34,052 nt of DNA from an uncultured virus (IMG/VR IMGVR_UViG_3300023174_000105). Taxonomy: Duplodnaviria > Heunggongvirae > Uroviricota > Caudoviricetes. The stretch lies in the IMG/VR virus record IMGVR_UViG_3300023174_000105. One strand, given 5' to 3'. The notes under the pieces are model-generated. The model did not search any database, was not told where the DNA came from, and saw nothing but the letters and a program-made list of their open reading frames with translations. Shown in pieces: positions 1 through 10,110 of the stretch (position 1 is its first letter; each line of letters opens with the position of its first letter). The translations under genes and the position numbers were made by a program.

Positions 1-679
1 CGGTTTGCTTAATAAGTTGTGGTAATTCAAAAGGCAACCACATATGCGTTAAACTATCACAATCTAGTAAAACAGCGCCCGTATCAACCCTGCTACGATG
101 AAAGCTAGTAGTATAAGGGCTGCCTGGATATATAATATTTCTTTGTGAGTTCTCATAGCTGTGCAAATCTCCTGCTAATACCTTTTGCCAACGATCAAAT
201 AATGTTAAGTCAATTTCCGGTTTAACGTGTGGTGGAATTTCCCCGCGAACATGAGTACAAAGAATCTTTTCTTGAAAAGTGTACTTTGTAGTTTCTAGTT
301 CTTTTAGTTTATTGTAGGGCACAAAATCAATGCCATGTCTGGTATAAAAGTCATCTACAATAGTTACTAATGGATTGATTCTAGTAGTAGCACGTTTTAA
401 ATAGCTTAAGAATGTAGTATCTTTTTTAAGCATTTCATGATTGCCAGGGTAGAGTATGCACTCTACATCAATACTAGCAATTAAGTCAAAGTATAACTCA
501 ACCTCGTCCATAGTAGGTAAGCGGTCAAATATATCACCGCCTAAAACTACTAGGTCAGCATGCTGCTGCATCTTTTTAAATTGTTCTGTAAATAACTGAA
601 ATCTATTTTTAGCCCAATCAATAGGCACATTTTTCTGACCCAGTTTTATATGTATATCTGCTGTGAATAATATTTGCAT
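1..679 (-). CDS. D12: Mre11/SbcD-like metallophosphoesterase recombination nuclease (T5 D12-like), truncated at window edge; not in ORF track
   Basis: Manual translation from ATG at 679: MQILFTADIHIKLGQKNVP, LGGDIFD, YPGNHE, AGDLH, YPGSP motifs; follows D11 as in T5. Confidence 0.9.
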   Translation of the reverse strand, partial: MQILFTADIHIKLGQKNVPIDWAKNRFQLFTEQFKKMQQHADLVVLGGDIFDRLPTMDEVELYFDLIASIDVECILYPGNHEMLKKDTTFLSYLKRATTRINPLVTIVDDFYTRHGIDFVPYNKLKELETTKYTFQEKILCTHVRGEIPPHVKPEIDLTLFDRWQKVLAGDLHSYENSQRNIIYPGSPYTTSFHRSRVDTGAVLLDCDSLTHMWLPFELPQLIKQT

Positions 680-691
680 TTTGCACCAGAC

Positions 692-728
692 AAAATAGCC
701 CGCTAAAGTATTAGCTTTAGCGGGCTTT
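692..728 (-). terminator. Intrinsic terminator after D11
   Basis: AGCCCGCTAAAG / CTTTAGCGGGCT inverted repeat followed by ATTTT on minus strand. Confidence 0.8.
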
Positions 729-732
729 GTGT

Positions 733-1368
733 TTAACCTAGCTCTTTTACAGCTTCTTGATCGTTTTGAGACTGCTCTTCTTCTACGCCAGCTTGTAGTT
801 TTTCAAGTAGTGCTTTAATTTCATCAGGATTTGCACGAGGATATTTTTCGTCAATAGGCAGTGCTTTTTCTGCTAGTTCAAGTTCTTGAGCATTAAGAGC
901 ACGCTGTTTGCAACGTAGTACTTGTAGTGTGTATTCTACGTTATATGCTAGTGGACCAGTTTTTACTCTGCGAAATACTACGTCCCAACCAGTTTCTGGA
1001 TCAGTAGGATCACCCAAGTCTTCTGCTGCTGTAAGAATCTGTTCAAATAGTTTCTTTTTAAGATTAAGTACCTTTACTTTACCTTCTTTAGGGTCAATGC
1101 AGTTAACTGCATAACTCCAGCTGCAACGAAGATCTTGATGAAATTCAGGAACCCAATCTTTTTCTAGATTGTCAAATTTCTCTTTGTCACGACTAAAAGC
1201 AAGACACTCAATAGGAATGTCCTTATTATTAGTACCTTTGACCCAGTAGACATAGCGTGGTAATACCCCGCCAATTAAGCGAACAGTATTTTCACCGTCT
1301 TTGTACTCGTAGCTTTCAACTGAGCTTTTTTGTGCGCGACCTTTGGTTTGCTTAAAGGTTAGTGCCAT
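733..1368 (-). CDS. D11: Single-stranded DNA-binding protein (T5 D11-like)
   Basis: YKDGENTVRLIGGVLPRYVYW, DLGDPTDPETGWD motifs; acidic tail; position between D10 and D12. Confidence 0.8.
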   Translation of the reverse strand: MALTFKQTKGRAQKSSVESYEYKDGENTVRLIGGVLPRYVYWVKGTNNKDIPIECLAFSRDKEKFDNLEKDWVPEFHQDLRCSWSYAVNCIDPKEGKVKVLNLKKKLFEQILTAAEDLGDPTDPETGWDVVFRRVKTGPLAYNVEYTLQVLRCKQRALNAQELELAEKALPIDEKYPRANPDEIKALLEKLQAGVEEEQSQNDQEAVKELG

Positions 1369-1370
1369 TT

Positions 1371-1757
1371 TTAAGTTTCCTCGTGTATAAATTTAATTTG
1401 TTTGTTTGCAATAATTAAAAGCGGGTTTGATTTTATGTTGTTTAAATCAACGTCAGGATATAGTGTTAAGTCTACAGATTTAATCTGATAGGTTTTATAT
1501 AAACCGTAATTTCTTAATGCAGCTAATCTAATGTACTGTGCTCTATATGCTGAGTCTATGCCCGTGTGTTTAAAAAACGGTTCAGGGTTTAGTAAAAAAC
1601 TACTGCCTGCCCGCAGTCTCCGCAGTGGCTTGTATTTTTCGTGTTTGTTTTTTGGTATAGTTACGCCTCGGTAAAATTTGTATAAGGCTTCAACCATGTA
1701 TTCAGAGTTACCTAGTGTATCCTGAAGCAAAACATCAAAGTTAAAAAATAAAGTCAT
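1371..1757 (-). CDS. Conserved T5-like hypothetical protein
   Basis: Intact ORF with own promoter; syntenic position between D10 and D11. Confidence 0.7.
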   Translation of the reverse strand: MTLFFNFDVLLQDTLGNSEYMVEALYKFYRGVTIPKNKHEKYKPLRRLRAGSSFLLNPEPFFKHTGIDSAYRAQYIRLAALRNYGLYKTYQIKSVDLTLYPDVDLNNIKSNPLLIIANKQIKFIHEET

Positions 1758-1776
1758 TATTAGGATTTAAGAATAT

Positions 1777-1805
1777 ATTATATCATAGTATGTATGGATT
1801 TACAA
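1777..1805 (-). promoter_or_regulatory. Sigma70-type promoter
   Basis: TTGTAA-N17-TATAAT. Confidence 0.75.
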
Positions 1806-1815
1806 GTGTAAATTT

Positions 1816-3111
1816 TTATACCAGTTCAATGTCCCAGCCTTTACGCATATAAAATCCAAGCCTATCCCTGTTTTGTTTTTTATCCATAAAACCTGAAAAT
1901 TGCATATCTAAGACTACTGGTTGTAGTTTATCCTCATGTTGACGCTGAATTCTGCCAACAATCTGTTCTAGTAAGCTATCATTTGCAATAGGTACGGCTA
2001 AGATAACACAACTAAGTGAATTTATAGAGATGCCCTCGCTAAAGATCTGGCGGCTGCCAGCAATGCACATTTTTTCTTTTGTGAGTAATTGTTGTTTGAT
2101 TTGTTGGCGTTGTTCAAAATTGGTTTCGCCAGTAACCAACACACAGGTTTCTCCAACATATTCTTTTACCTTTTGTAAAAATCCAACTCTGTCTGCAATA
2201 ACTAAGACTTGATGTCCAAGTGCAACTTGAATTTTTGCTAATCCAGAAATAAATGCTTGATAGTCCACATCCTCTGTAAGATTGTTAATTTTTTCTACCC
2301 AAGTAGCGCCAGGTTTTAGTGTAATACCAGTTTGTATTAGTTTAACTTCTGGATTTAAAGTATGCGATTGTGGTGGTTTATATATCTTGCTGCCAAAAAA
2401 ATCAGCAAACATTATGTGCTTGCCGTCTTTCCGGATCATAGTACCGCTAAGTGCTATTCTATAACGTGCATGAAAATCATCTATTAATTGTGAAAAAGTA
2501 CTAGCAGGGCAGTGATGTGCTTCATCTAGGATGATAGTACCAAATTCTTTAGCCAGTTTTGCACTGTGTTTTACTAGTGTTTGTACATTAGCTACTGTAA
2601 TAGCATGATCTTCCCAATCCATGCTACCACCACCAATAGTACCTGCTTGCATACCAAATAACACCTCTACTTCTTCACGCCACTGATCTCGCAATGCAGT
2701 AGTGTGTGTAACTACTAGTGTTTTTTGACCTAATTTTTTTGCTACGTGAAGTGCAGTAAAAGTTTTGCCCCAACCTACTAGTGCGTTAATAAAGCAAGTA
2801 TCCTGAATTTCATCATAAACTACCTGCTGTGTGTCACGTAGTGCAAATTTAGGGTCAGGAAAAGGTACTGGTACTTGTGTGCGTTTATCTACAATTTCAT
2901 AGCCACTGGGTATTAAGTCCAGTCTACCTTGCGGCAAGCTAAGAATGTTTTTAGGCAGGATTTTATAGTTACGAATAGTTTCTACTGTACTAAATTGCTT
3001 GCTGCCTGTATCTTTGTGGATTTTATAAGTAAGAGTTTTAATAATCTGCTTGGTTTCTTCCACACCAGGATTATCCAAGTAAATTCTGTTAGAGATAATT
3101 GCTTTAGCCAC
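1816..3111 (-). CDS. D10: SF2 DEAH-box helicase (T5 D10-like)
   Basis: Walker A-like GWGKT, DEAHH, SGT, QIVGRIQR motif VI. Confidence 0.9.
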   Translation of the reverse strand: MAKAIISNRIYLDNPGVEETKQIIKTLTYKIHKDTGSKQFSTVETIRNYKILPKNILSLPQGRLDLIPSGYEIVDKRTQVPVPFPDPKFALRDTQQVVYDEIQDTCFINALVGWGKTFTALHVAKKLGQKTLVVTHTTALRDQWREEVEVLFGMQAGTIGGGSMDWEDHAITVANVQTLVKHSAKLAKEFGTIILDEAHHCPASTFSQLIDDFHARYRIALSGTMIRKDGKHIMFADFFGSKIYKPPQSHTLNPEVKLIQTGITLKPGATWVEKINNLTEDVDYQAFISGLAKIQVALGHQVLVIADRVGFLQKVKEYVGETCVLVTGETNFEQRQQIKQQLLTKEKMCIAGSRQIFSEGISINSLSCVILAVPIANDSLLEQIVGRIQRQHEDKLQPVVLDMQFSGFMDKKQNRDRLGFYMRKGWDIELV

Positions 3112-3638
3112 TATACTAACCTATGCGTTGTTTTAAATGCTTCATTGTAAAATCCATATAATACATAACCTAAACCCCAACGCAACACACCAGCATAGTA
3201 TTGATCTGGTTTAGGTGCATACATACATTTAAATCTATGTGGTAGATCTTGCACTTCTACGATCGCACCCATACCCTCAAGTGGCAAAACTTTTGTGATC
3301 TTGTGCGCAGCCAGCTTGGCGCGGCTGGTTTTTCTGTACTGAAATATTTTTCCGGTGTTGTCAATAAACCACGTAGTTTGTTTGGCTATTTTTATTAAAT
3401 CGCCCAAAAAGTACAGTGCTTGACGTATAGGAAAAAGCCTAGCACCTACTATGGCCAATCTACGCAAGCCTAATGTAGCTCCTTGCACAGATTTGTCGTC
3501 TACAATACGCAAGCCTATTTTAGTTTCTAGCGACTCCTTGTCTACATACTCTTTTGAGTAGTAGACAAGGTTATTTTCTACAATAGGTTTATGTTCACCC
3601 AATCTAAACACGGGCCAGCTTATCTCCAGTAAGTTCAT
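3111..3638 (-). CDS. Conserved T5-like hypothetical protein between pol and D10
   Basis: ORF coupled to D10; likely start at ATG 3638 (MNLLEISWPVF). Confidence 0.7.
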   Translation of the reverse strand: MNLLEISWPVFRLGEHKPIVENNLVYYSKEYVDKESLETKIGLRIVDDKSVQGATLGLRRLAIVGARLFPIRQALYFLGDLIKIAKQTTWFIDNTGKIFQYRKTSRAKLAAHKITKVLPLEGMGAIVEVQDLPHRFKCMYAPKPDQYYAGVLRWGLGYVLYGFYNEAFKTTHRLV

Positions 3639-5886
3639 ACTGCACCTCAAAATCTCCAAAACTGTAGTCGTCGCCTACGTCTTGGTCAACACCAATAGGC
3701 GTACCCAAAATACTGCAACCGTGATCATGCTGAGTATTTAGTTTTAATATTTGGCAGTAGTCTTTAACGTGTTCGGTTTTTACTACAGCCACAATAGAGT
3801 CGTGTACAAGCATAAAGATCTTTGCGTCTAAACCTTCTTGTACAATATGTCTAGCAGTTCGCATAGCGCCTAATAGGTTAACATCACTGGCTAGTGACTG
3901 TACTTCAGCGTTAATACCACTGCGTACTTCGTGTGCTGCAATACCCTTATCGCTGCTGAATACATTAGGCAGTCTACGTTTACGGCCAAAAAAGCTGTAA
4001 GTAAATCCATTTTGTTCAATAAAGCTCTTACGCTCGTCTAGCCAGTGTTTTAGTCTGCTAAATTTAGTAAAGTACGCCTTAATATCTTCACGGGCTTGCT
4101 CTACGGGGTATACTTCGCCAGTTGCTTTGCTAACGGTTTGTGAAACTTTATTAGCACCACTACCGTAAAGAATACCAAATGAAATTGCTTTAGCACTTTG
4201 ACGCATACTACCATATTCTTTTTTAACAGCTTCCACAGGACATGGTAGGTTAAAAACCATTTTAGCAATTGTGCTGTGAAAGTCTCCGCCGCTGGAAAAT
4301 ACCTGTTGTAGGTTTTTGTCGCCGCTGAGTACAGCAGCATAGTACATTTCAGCTGTAGCCAAGTCTTGTGAGACTATTTTGTATCCAGCGGGTGCGCGGA
4401 TACATCCTTTGATGATTGAGTTGTCGCGTGGAATCTGCTGAGCGTTGAATTTGCCACTACTAGACAACCGGCCACTAGTGGTAAAAATAAGATTAAAATT
4501 TGTACGAATTCGCCCATCTTTGTCTAATTCCGGTAAGATTTTTTGAATATAGGTATTTTGAATTTTACTCAACTGTCGAACCTTAAGAATAGCACCTGGC
4601 AACTCGTGTTCTTCAGCAAGTTGTGCTAGGACCTCAGCATCAGTTGAAATTGCACCAGTACCAGTTTTCTTGCCAGTGGGCTCTAGGCCCAAGTAGTCAA
4701 ACAACACTTCACGCAATTGCATTACACTATTAGGATTAAAAATTTTACCGCTAGCTTGCTCAAATTGTTTGACTGCATCAAAACCAAATACTACTTCTTT
4801 GGCTTCTTGAATCTGTTCGTCTAGATATAAGTTGGCTCTGGCCATACGGTCTTTACAAATAGGAATACCTACTTCTTCCATATCCATTAAGAATAGTGTG
4901 CCGTCTACTAACAAGTTTTTATAAACCCAGCTAATTTTATGGTTAGCCTGAACAAGTGGCCAGAACTTGTGAAACAGTTCATAAGTTACTGCTGTGTCAA
5001 TTGAGGCATATTCGCTAATAATATCAAATGGAATTAAATCATAGCTAAATTGCTCTTGTAGCAGGCCATGTTGTGTGCAATAATCCCGCTTAAATTCGTC
5101 TAGTGCACTATCATAATCGCCGTAGTCCGTGTACTTTAACGCCAATTGCTTTAAGCCGTGACTATCAGTTTCGTCTAGTGCATAGTGCATGACCATAGTG
5201 TCATGTACCCTGTCCCTAGGAAAATCAATGTCAAGATGATACCGGATCATTTTATAGTCAAATTTCATGTTATGAAAAATGGTATAAAATTCGTTGGCAA
5301 TCTTTTGCAACAATTCAATACACTCCTCATCCATGCAGTCTGTGGTAATGTATCGGCCCTGTTTAGCTTTGTAGGTTAACGAGACTCCAAGTACGTATCC
5401 ATCTCGTGGGTAAAGTGCAGTTGTTTCCGTGTCCCAAGCCACATAACCTTGGGCATTGTCCAAGATTTCTTGTAAATAGGCTTTGGCTTGGTTTGTGTCA
5501 TCAATACCAGCAAAATCGCCAGTAGTAGGTGCAGCAACACTATCATTGTAATACTTAAGAATCTTATCTACGGCTCGTTGAAAATCAGGCTTGCCTTCTG
5601 GCTTAAACGCTAGCATAGCTGGATTTGTAATCGGCACAAATTTTTCATTGACCAGCTGACCGGCATAGTTTGTTACACTAGTAACTTTAGCATACTCTTT
5701 AGCAGCCTCAGCGCCTACTAGGATGACAAGATCATACGGTTTAGGGTCGAACTCTAGTGTAACGTCTTTTTTCAATAATTTTGTAATTGGCACCTGACTC
5801 ATGTGAAAATGTTCAAACTCAAAAGGAAAATATTCCCGGTAGTTTGTACGATTTGGTGCTTTATCAATTAGGGCAACTCGTTTCAT
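3604..5886 (-). CDS. pol: Family A DNA polymerase with 3'-5' exonuclease
   Basis: Exo motifs DTET, HNMKFD, YASID; pol motifs SGRLSS, DLATAEM, RQSAKAISFGILYG, VHDS. Confidence 0.97.
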   Translation of the reverse strand: MKRVALIDKAPNRTNYREYFPFEFEHFHMSQVPITKLLKKDVTLEFDPKPYDLVILVGAEAAKEYAKVTSVTNYAGQLVNEKFVPITNPAMLAFKPEGKPDFQRAVDKILKYYNDSVAAPTTGDFAGIDDTNQAKAYLQEILDNAQGYVAWDTETTALYPRDGYVLGVSLTYKAKQGRYITTDCMDEECIELLQKIANEFYTIFHNMKFDYKMIRYHLDIDFPRDRVHDTMVMHYALDETDSHGLKQLALKYTDYGDYDSALDEFKRDYCTQHGLLQEQFSYDLIPFDIISEYASIDTAVTYELFHKFWPLVQANHKISWVYKNLLVDGTLFLMDMEEVGIPICKDRMARANLYLDEQIQEAKEVVFGFDAVKQFEQASGKIFNPNSVMQLREVLFDYLGLEPTGKKTGTGAISTDAEVLAQLAEEHELPGAILKVRQLSKIQNTYIQKILPELDKDGRIRTNFNLIFTTSGRLSSSGKFNAQQIPRDNSIIKGCIRAPAGYKIVSQDLATAEMYYAAVLSGDKNLQQVFSSGGDFHSTIAKMVFNLPCPVEAVKKEYGSMRQSAKAISFGILYGSGANKVSQTVSKATGEVYPVEQAREDIKAYFTKFSRLKHWLDERKSFIEQNGFTYSFFGRKRRLPNVFSSDKGIAAHEVRSGINAEVQSLASDVNLLGAMRTARHIVQEGLDAKIFMLVHDSIVAVVKTEHVKDYCQILKLNTQHDHGCSILGTPIGVDQDVGDDYSFGDFEVQYELTGDKLARV

Positions 5887-5906
5887 TGATTCTCCAGTAA
5901 TACTTT

Positions 5907-5935
5907 ATTATAGCGTATCAGACTAGTAAAGTCAA
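5907..5935 (-). promoter_or_regulatory. Sigma70-type promoter for pol
   Basis: TTGACT-N17-TATAAT. Confidence 0.85.
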
Positions 5936-5936
5936 G

Positions 5937-6788
5937 TTATTTTTTAATATATTCGGCAATGCTTTGCACATCAATCTGATCTAAATCACCAGGATCTGTT
6001 CCGTCCGGCAATTTAATAACTTCTACTATAAATTCTAGTTGTTCAAGCGTTGTTTTTAAACTTTCTGCTGCTTTTTCTCCGGCATTGTCTCCGTCAAACA
6101 AGATGTATATATGTGTAACACCTTGTACTCTATAAGGAAATAGTTTTAGCTTTGTATCAGCTTGCAGGGTATTTGTACCAAATGTACAGGCAACATTTTT
6201 TAAACCCTTATCGTATAAGTTTAACATATCAAATATTCCCTCCACTAGTACCAAACTTTTATGTCCGCTGGGTATTTGTGGAGGAAATAGTGGAATTTGA
6301 ACTTTGCTAGGGTAGTTGATGTATCTAGGATTGCCGTTGCTTAGGGTATGTCTGGCTACATATACTACAGTTTTACCAGTTATATCTTTTATAGGAAATA
6401 TTATGCGATCTTGTAGTTTTTCTACTTGATGTGTATAAAATGCTTCAAAGTACTTAAGTGTTTGCTGACTAATTCCACGAAAAGTTTTAGTATAGGCAGT
6501 AGCACCTGCTGGAATATCTAAACCCACTGCCTGAGTTTTTAAGTCTTGTAGTTTTTCTTTTAGTTTCGCAATTTTTATAGGTATAGGATTAGTAAAAACC
6601 CCATAATATTTAAATATATTGGTTTTAAATCCACAACTAAAGCAGTGCGCTATTCCACTAATACGATCCACACGAAAGCTTGGATTCGTGTCCGGATGCT
6701 CTGGATTTAAACATTTGATTAAGTAGTCGCGACCGGACACCTGGAATTGCAATCCGTTTTTTTGAATCAAGTCTAAAACGGGATCCAT
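5937..6788 (-). CDS. DNA primase (CHC2 zinc finger + TOPRIM)
   Basis: CLNPEH...CFSC zinc finger; EGIFD; FDGDNAG; DPGD; start re-assigned to ATG 6788. Confidence 0.93.
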   Translation of the reverse strand: MDPVLDLIQKNGLQFQVSGRDYLIKCLNPEHPDTNPSFRVDRISGIAHCFSCGFKTNIFKYYGVFTNPIPIKIAKLKEKLQDLKTQAVGLDIPAGATAYTKTFRGISQQTLKYFEAFYTHQVEKLQDRIIFPIKDITGKTVVYVARHTLSNGNPRYINYPSKVQIPLFPPQIPSGHKSLVLVEGIFDMLNLYDKGLKNVACTFGTNTLQADTKLKLFPYRVQGVTHIYILFDGDNAGEKAAESLKTTLEQLEFIVEVIKLPDGTDPGDLDQIDVQSIAEYIKK

Positions 6789-6790
6789 TT

Positions 6791-8173
6791 CTATGCGTTC
6801 CAAGGTAAATCAGTTGCGAGTTCTTGTGTCTGATTATCTTTCTTGCCCCCTGCTTTTTTAACAGGTTCTTTTTTAGATGGTTGGTCAATACTTTGGGGGG
6901 ATATTCTGAGTGTGTCCCAATCAATAGGGCAAGTAAATGCCATCTCCTTTCCCCCACGAATCTTTGTTGTTTCAAAACTAATTGCTTGTGCGTCTTTTTC
7001 ATGTGCCTCCATTACTAGTGCTATATCTGCTGCGTCTAGGATGCCTTTGGCAAATCTTGCCTCGCCACTAGCATCAATTTGATATGGACTTACTATTACT
7101 ACTTCGTATTTTCTAGCCAAGTTTTTTAGTTTCTTTGAAACTTCAATTTGAGGTTGCCAATCATACTGACTATTGCCTTCTATAATAATCTGATTAACAT
7201 AGTCTACTACTACAACTGCTAGTTTATCACCAAACTTTGCTTTAGTTTTACCAATATGCAGATCAATAGCCCCCAGTGTTAAATCTCTGTCATCTACAAT
7301 AATCATCTGATTATCTGGTTTTAGTTTAAAGTTTCTAATTAGTGTTTCTTCAAATTTAAATCTGTCACGGTGTCGTAAAAACTCATCAACTAAGCACTCT
7401 GCGCCATCAAACATTTGTGATCTAACTTTAACTACTTTTAACAATTCTTGATCTGTTAGTCTATTTTGCTTTAGGTTCTGCAAATTTACATTGGCTAAGA
7501 TTGCCAGGTTTCGTTGCATAGTTTCGTATGCAGTCATCTCAATAGAAAAGTAAAGACTACTATTTCCAGCCTGATACTGATTAACAAAAATATTGCTACT
7601 AGTAATACTTTTACCACTGCCTCGTTTACCGCCGATAAGAATGAGTTCTTGCCTAGCAACACCACCAAGCACAGCATCAAAAGTATTGTTAAGTCCAAGA
7701 TAAACACGTTCTTTTTCCAAATCTTCTGGGTGTTGGAACATTAACATATCAGCCATTGTAAAGACTTTTTCGCTGGTATGTGTTTTTTCCTCAATTGTAA
7801 GTGCAATTGTGGCTAAATTTTCTTTTATTTCATTGGAGTCGTAAAGCGGCAGTTTGTCCACAAACTTATCCAGTAATTTTACTGTTTCGTTTTGTGTGTA
7901 GCTATCTATAAGTGCGTCAAGAGCTATTTCTGCACTTACATCTGGTATTTCAGTTAGCTTTAGCGTTGCTAGAGTTTTTGCTGCCGGACCTTCTCGCAGT
8001 GTAAGTTCTAAGTCATCAAAATTTGGTATAGCATTGTATTTTTCATAATGCTTATTGATAACACTGTACAAGGACGAGTAAGCCGGATCTAAAAACACTA
8101 GCTTCAGCTTTGCCCAAATATCTAGGCTTTGCTCTTGAAGCAATTTGTTTAAGACTACGGCTGAAACATCCAT
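6791..8173 (-). CDS. D6: DnaB-like replicative helicase (T5 D6-like)
   Basis: GKRGSGKS, FSIEM, VVVDY motifs. Confidence 0.92.
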   Translation of the reverse strand: MDVSAVVLNKLLQEQSLDIWAKLKLVFLDPAYSSLYSVINKHYEKYNAIPNFDDLELTLREGPAAKTLATLKLTEIPDVSAEIALDALIDSYTQNETVKLLDKFVDKLPLYDSNEIKENLATIALTIEEKTHTSEKVFTMADMLMFQHPEDLEKERVYLGLNNTFDAVLGGVARQELILIGGKRGSGKSITSSNIFVNQYQAGNSSLYFSIEMTAYETMQRNLAILANVNLQNLKQNRLTDQELLKVVKVRSQMFDGAECLVDEFLRHRDRFKFEETLIRNFKLKPDNQMIIVDDRDLTLGAIDLHIGKTKAKFGDKLAVVVVDYVNQIIIEGNSQYDWQPQIEVSKKLKNLARKYEVVIVSPYQIDASGEARFAKGILDAADIALVMEAHEKDAQAISFETTKIRGGKEMAFTCPIDWDTLRISPQSIDQPSKKEPVKKAGGKKDNQTQELATDLPWNA

Positions 8174-8174
8174 G

Positions 8175-8474
8175 TTAACCTACCTTAGATTCATTATCTA
8201 TAAATACCTGGTCTACAATTTCCGTTACCTTGTAAATAATTTGATCGCGCAAGCGTTTAATGTCTTGCTGATACCTGCTGCCTTTATCAAACAATAAACT
8301 TAATTGCTCATGAGTAATAAGTTGTTGTAAACCAAAATAGATATGATCATAGGCCATTGTAGAATCAGGCATTACTTCAACCTGAGCTAAACGGCCATAG
8401 TTATGAACTGCTTGCTTTACTACTTCTTCCACAGTAAACGACTCAGAGTCGTGATAGGTAATTGTAACTTTCAT
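8175..8474 (-). CDS. Hypothetical protein
   Basis: Intact ORF packed in operon. Confidence 0.7.
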   Translation of the reverse strand: MKVTITYHDSESFTVEEVVKQAVHNYGRLAQVEVMPDSTMAYDHIYFGLQQLITHEQLSLLFDKGSRYQQDIKRLRDQIIYKVTEIVDQVFIDNESKVG

Positions 8475-8491
8475 TTACTGGTTTCCAAAGT

Positions 8492-8528
8492 AAAAAAGGC
8501 TGGGAGCCTGTAAAAAACTCCCAGCCTT
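8492..8528 (-). terminator. Intrinsic terminator after D5
   Basis: AAGGCTGGGAG / CTCCCAGCCTT stem followed by T tract on minus strand. Confidence 0.85.
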
Positions 8529-8543
8529 ATTGCTTAGTGACTA

Positions 8544-9290
8544 TTAAGCAGCAGCTTTTGCTTCTGCTTTGGCCTTTTTATCAGCGCCTTTATAATCAGC
8601 AACGTTGATGCCGCGACGGGTAAGCAGGGTACGAAGACCGCGCTCTGTTTTGTCAACTGCAGCAGCAATTTCTGCAACAGTCATGCTGGCAATACGCTCG
8701 CCAAGAGCTACGATTGGATCAACCTGATCTTTAGCGTGTGATTCACGTTGTGCAGGGATCTTTGCAATTTGACCTTTACGAGTAAGGCTAAGTGCCTTGC
8801 CACGAACTGAGGCAACCGTCTTGCCTAGTGCTGTAGCAATATCTTCGATGTATTGACCACGCTCAGCCATTTGCACAAACTTGGACTCTTCGGCTTCTGT
8901 GTAAGTGCGAGCAACCTCTACTTTTTCAGCAGGCTTTACTGAACCAGTTAGCTCAAGAGCAAGAAGTTTGCCTTGAATTTGTTTGGCAGTAAATTTGCCA
9001 CCAGCAAATACCTCAGCAATTTGCTTGTATGTAAATGCGCCAGGACTATTAGTAACGTAGTTGAATAGCTGATGGCTTTCTTCTTCACTAAATGCGCTGA
9101 CCTTTTCTTTGGCCATGCTAGCAACTTCACGATCAAGTTGGCGAAGTTTAGCGGCTACGCTACGAGTAGAAACTTCCAGCGCTTCAGCGGCAGCTTCAAC
9201 CCGCTGAACCGACACAGGGGATTCGTTTCCAACGATTTGTAGTAGTTGTGCAACTGCTTCGTCAGACCATTTTTTAAGTTTTTCAGTCAT
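8544..9290 (-). CDS. D5: D5-like DNA-binding protein with repeated HTH units
   Basis: Start at ATG 9290 (MTEKLKKWSDEA); repeated RSVAAKL / KQIQGKL / ASVRGKAL HTH units; position after ligB. Confidence 0.85.
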   Translation of the reverse strand: MTEKLKKWSDEAVAQLLQIVGNESPVSVQRVEAAAEALEVSTRSVAAKLRQLDREVASMAKEKVSAFSEEESHQLFNYVTNSPGAFTYKQIAEVFAGGKFTAKQIQGKLLALELTGSVKPAEKVEVARTYTEAEESKFVQMAERGQYIEDIATALGKTVASVRGKALSLTRKGQIAKIPAQRESHAKDQVDPIVALGERIASMTVAEIAAAVDKTERGLRTLLTRRGINVADYKGADKKAKAEAKAAA

Positions 9291-10044
9291 ATGTTTTCTC
9301 TTGTAAAAATTGTGATAAGTTTTCGATGATTGTAATACCAAGCTGATTGGCTTTAGTACGTTTTGAGCTGCCCTTATTATCTTCATCAACTAGATAATTG
9401 GTTTGTTTAGTTACCGATTCAGTAACCTTAAATCCCATATCTTCCAGTGCTTTAGTGGCTTCCGCCTTAGTTTTAAATGAAGCTAGTTTACCAGTTATAC
9501 AAACAGTTTTGCCGGTTGTATTGGCTACTGGTTTATTGTCTACTGTAAAGGAGAATGGCAAGAACTCCCTTATTTCCTGAAAATCTGTCCCTAGCCAAAA
9601 GAGTAGATTATTAGTAACTTTTTCTCCTAGACCTGCTTGTTTGCACCGCTCTGAGGTAATTTCATCAACGTTGTTGACTACTTTTGCAATTTTTTGTGCG
9701 GCTGTGTTGCCTACTAGCGGAATACTAAAAGCAGGTAGGATGGTTGCTAAGTCACTATGTCGAGACCGATTAATTTCATCTAACAATTTTACTGCAATTT
9801 TTTCACTACCCAAAGACTCAATAATTTGATCTAGTTCGAGATAGTAAATCTCAGTAATATCAGTTAACTGAAGTTTCTCTAGTGTCTTAGCACCCATGCC
9901 CTTGATACCTAAGGTTTTACAAAAATGTTCCAACTTTTTACCCAGCTGTGCACTACAGGCTTGATTACGACAAAAAAGTTGGTCGTTAACAAGCTCTAGG
10001 GTATAGTTGCAACACGGACAATTGGTGGGAATTTTTATCTTCAT
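9283..10044 (-). CDS. ligB: NAD-dependent DNA ligase subunit B (Zn finger, HhH, BRCT)
   Basis: CPCC...FCRNQAC; IKGMG HhH; TVCITGKL BRCT. Confidence 0.93.
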   Translation of the reverse strand: MKIKIPTNCPCCNYTLELVNDQLFCRNQACSAQLGKKLEHFCKTLGIKGMGAKTLEKLQLTDITEIYYLELDQIIESLGSEKIAVKLLDEINRSRHSDLATILPAFSIPLVGNTAAQKIAKVVNNVDEITSERCKQAGLGEKVTNNLLFWLGTDFQEIREFLPFSFTVDNKPVANTTGKTVCITGKLASFKTKAEATKALEDMGFKVTESVTKQTNYLVDEDNKGSSKRTKANQLGITIIENLSQFLQEKTYD

Positions 10045-10070
10045 TAGGCGTTTTTCAAATTTAATAATGT

Positions 10071-10099
10071 ATTATACAGTATTAGCTGCTACTTTGCAA
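10071..10099 (-). promoter_or_regulatory. Sigma70-type promoter between ligA and ligB
   Basis: TTGCAA-N17-TATAAT. Confidence 0.75.
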
Positions 10100-10110
10100 G
10101 TCAAAATTTT

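Noticed and set aside
3604..5886. Intron or intein in the polymerase, or alternative genetic code
   Set aside because: ORF is continuous with normal motif spacing; core genes read through in code 11 and no suppressor tRNA was seen
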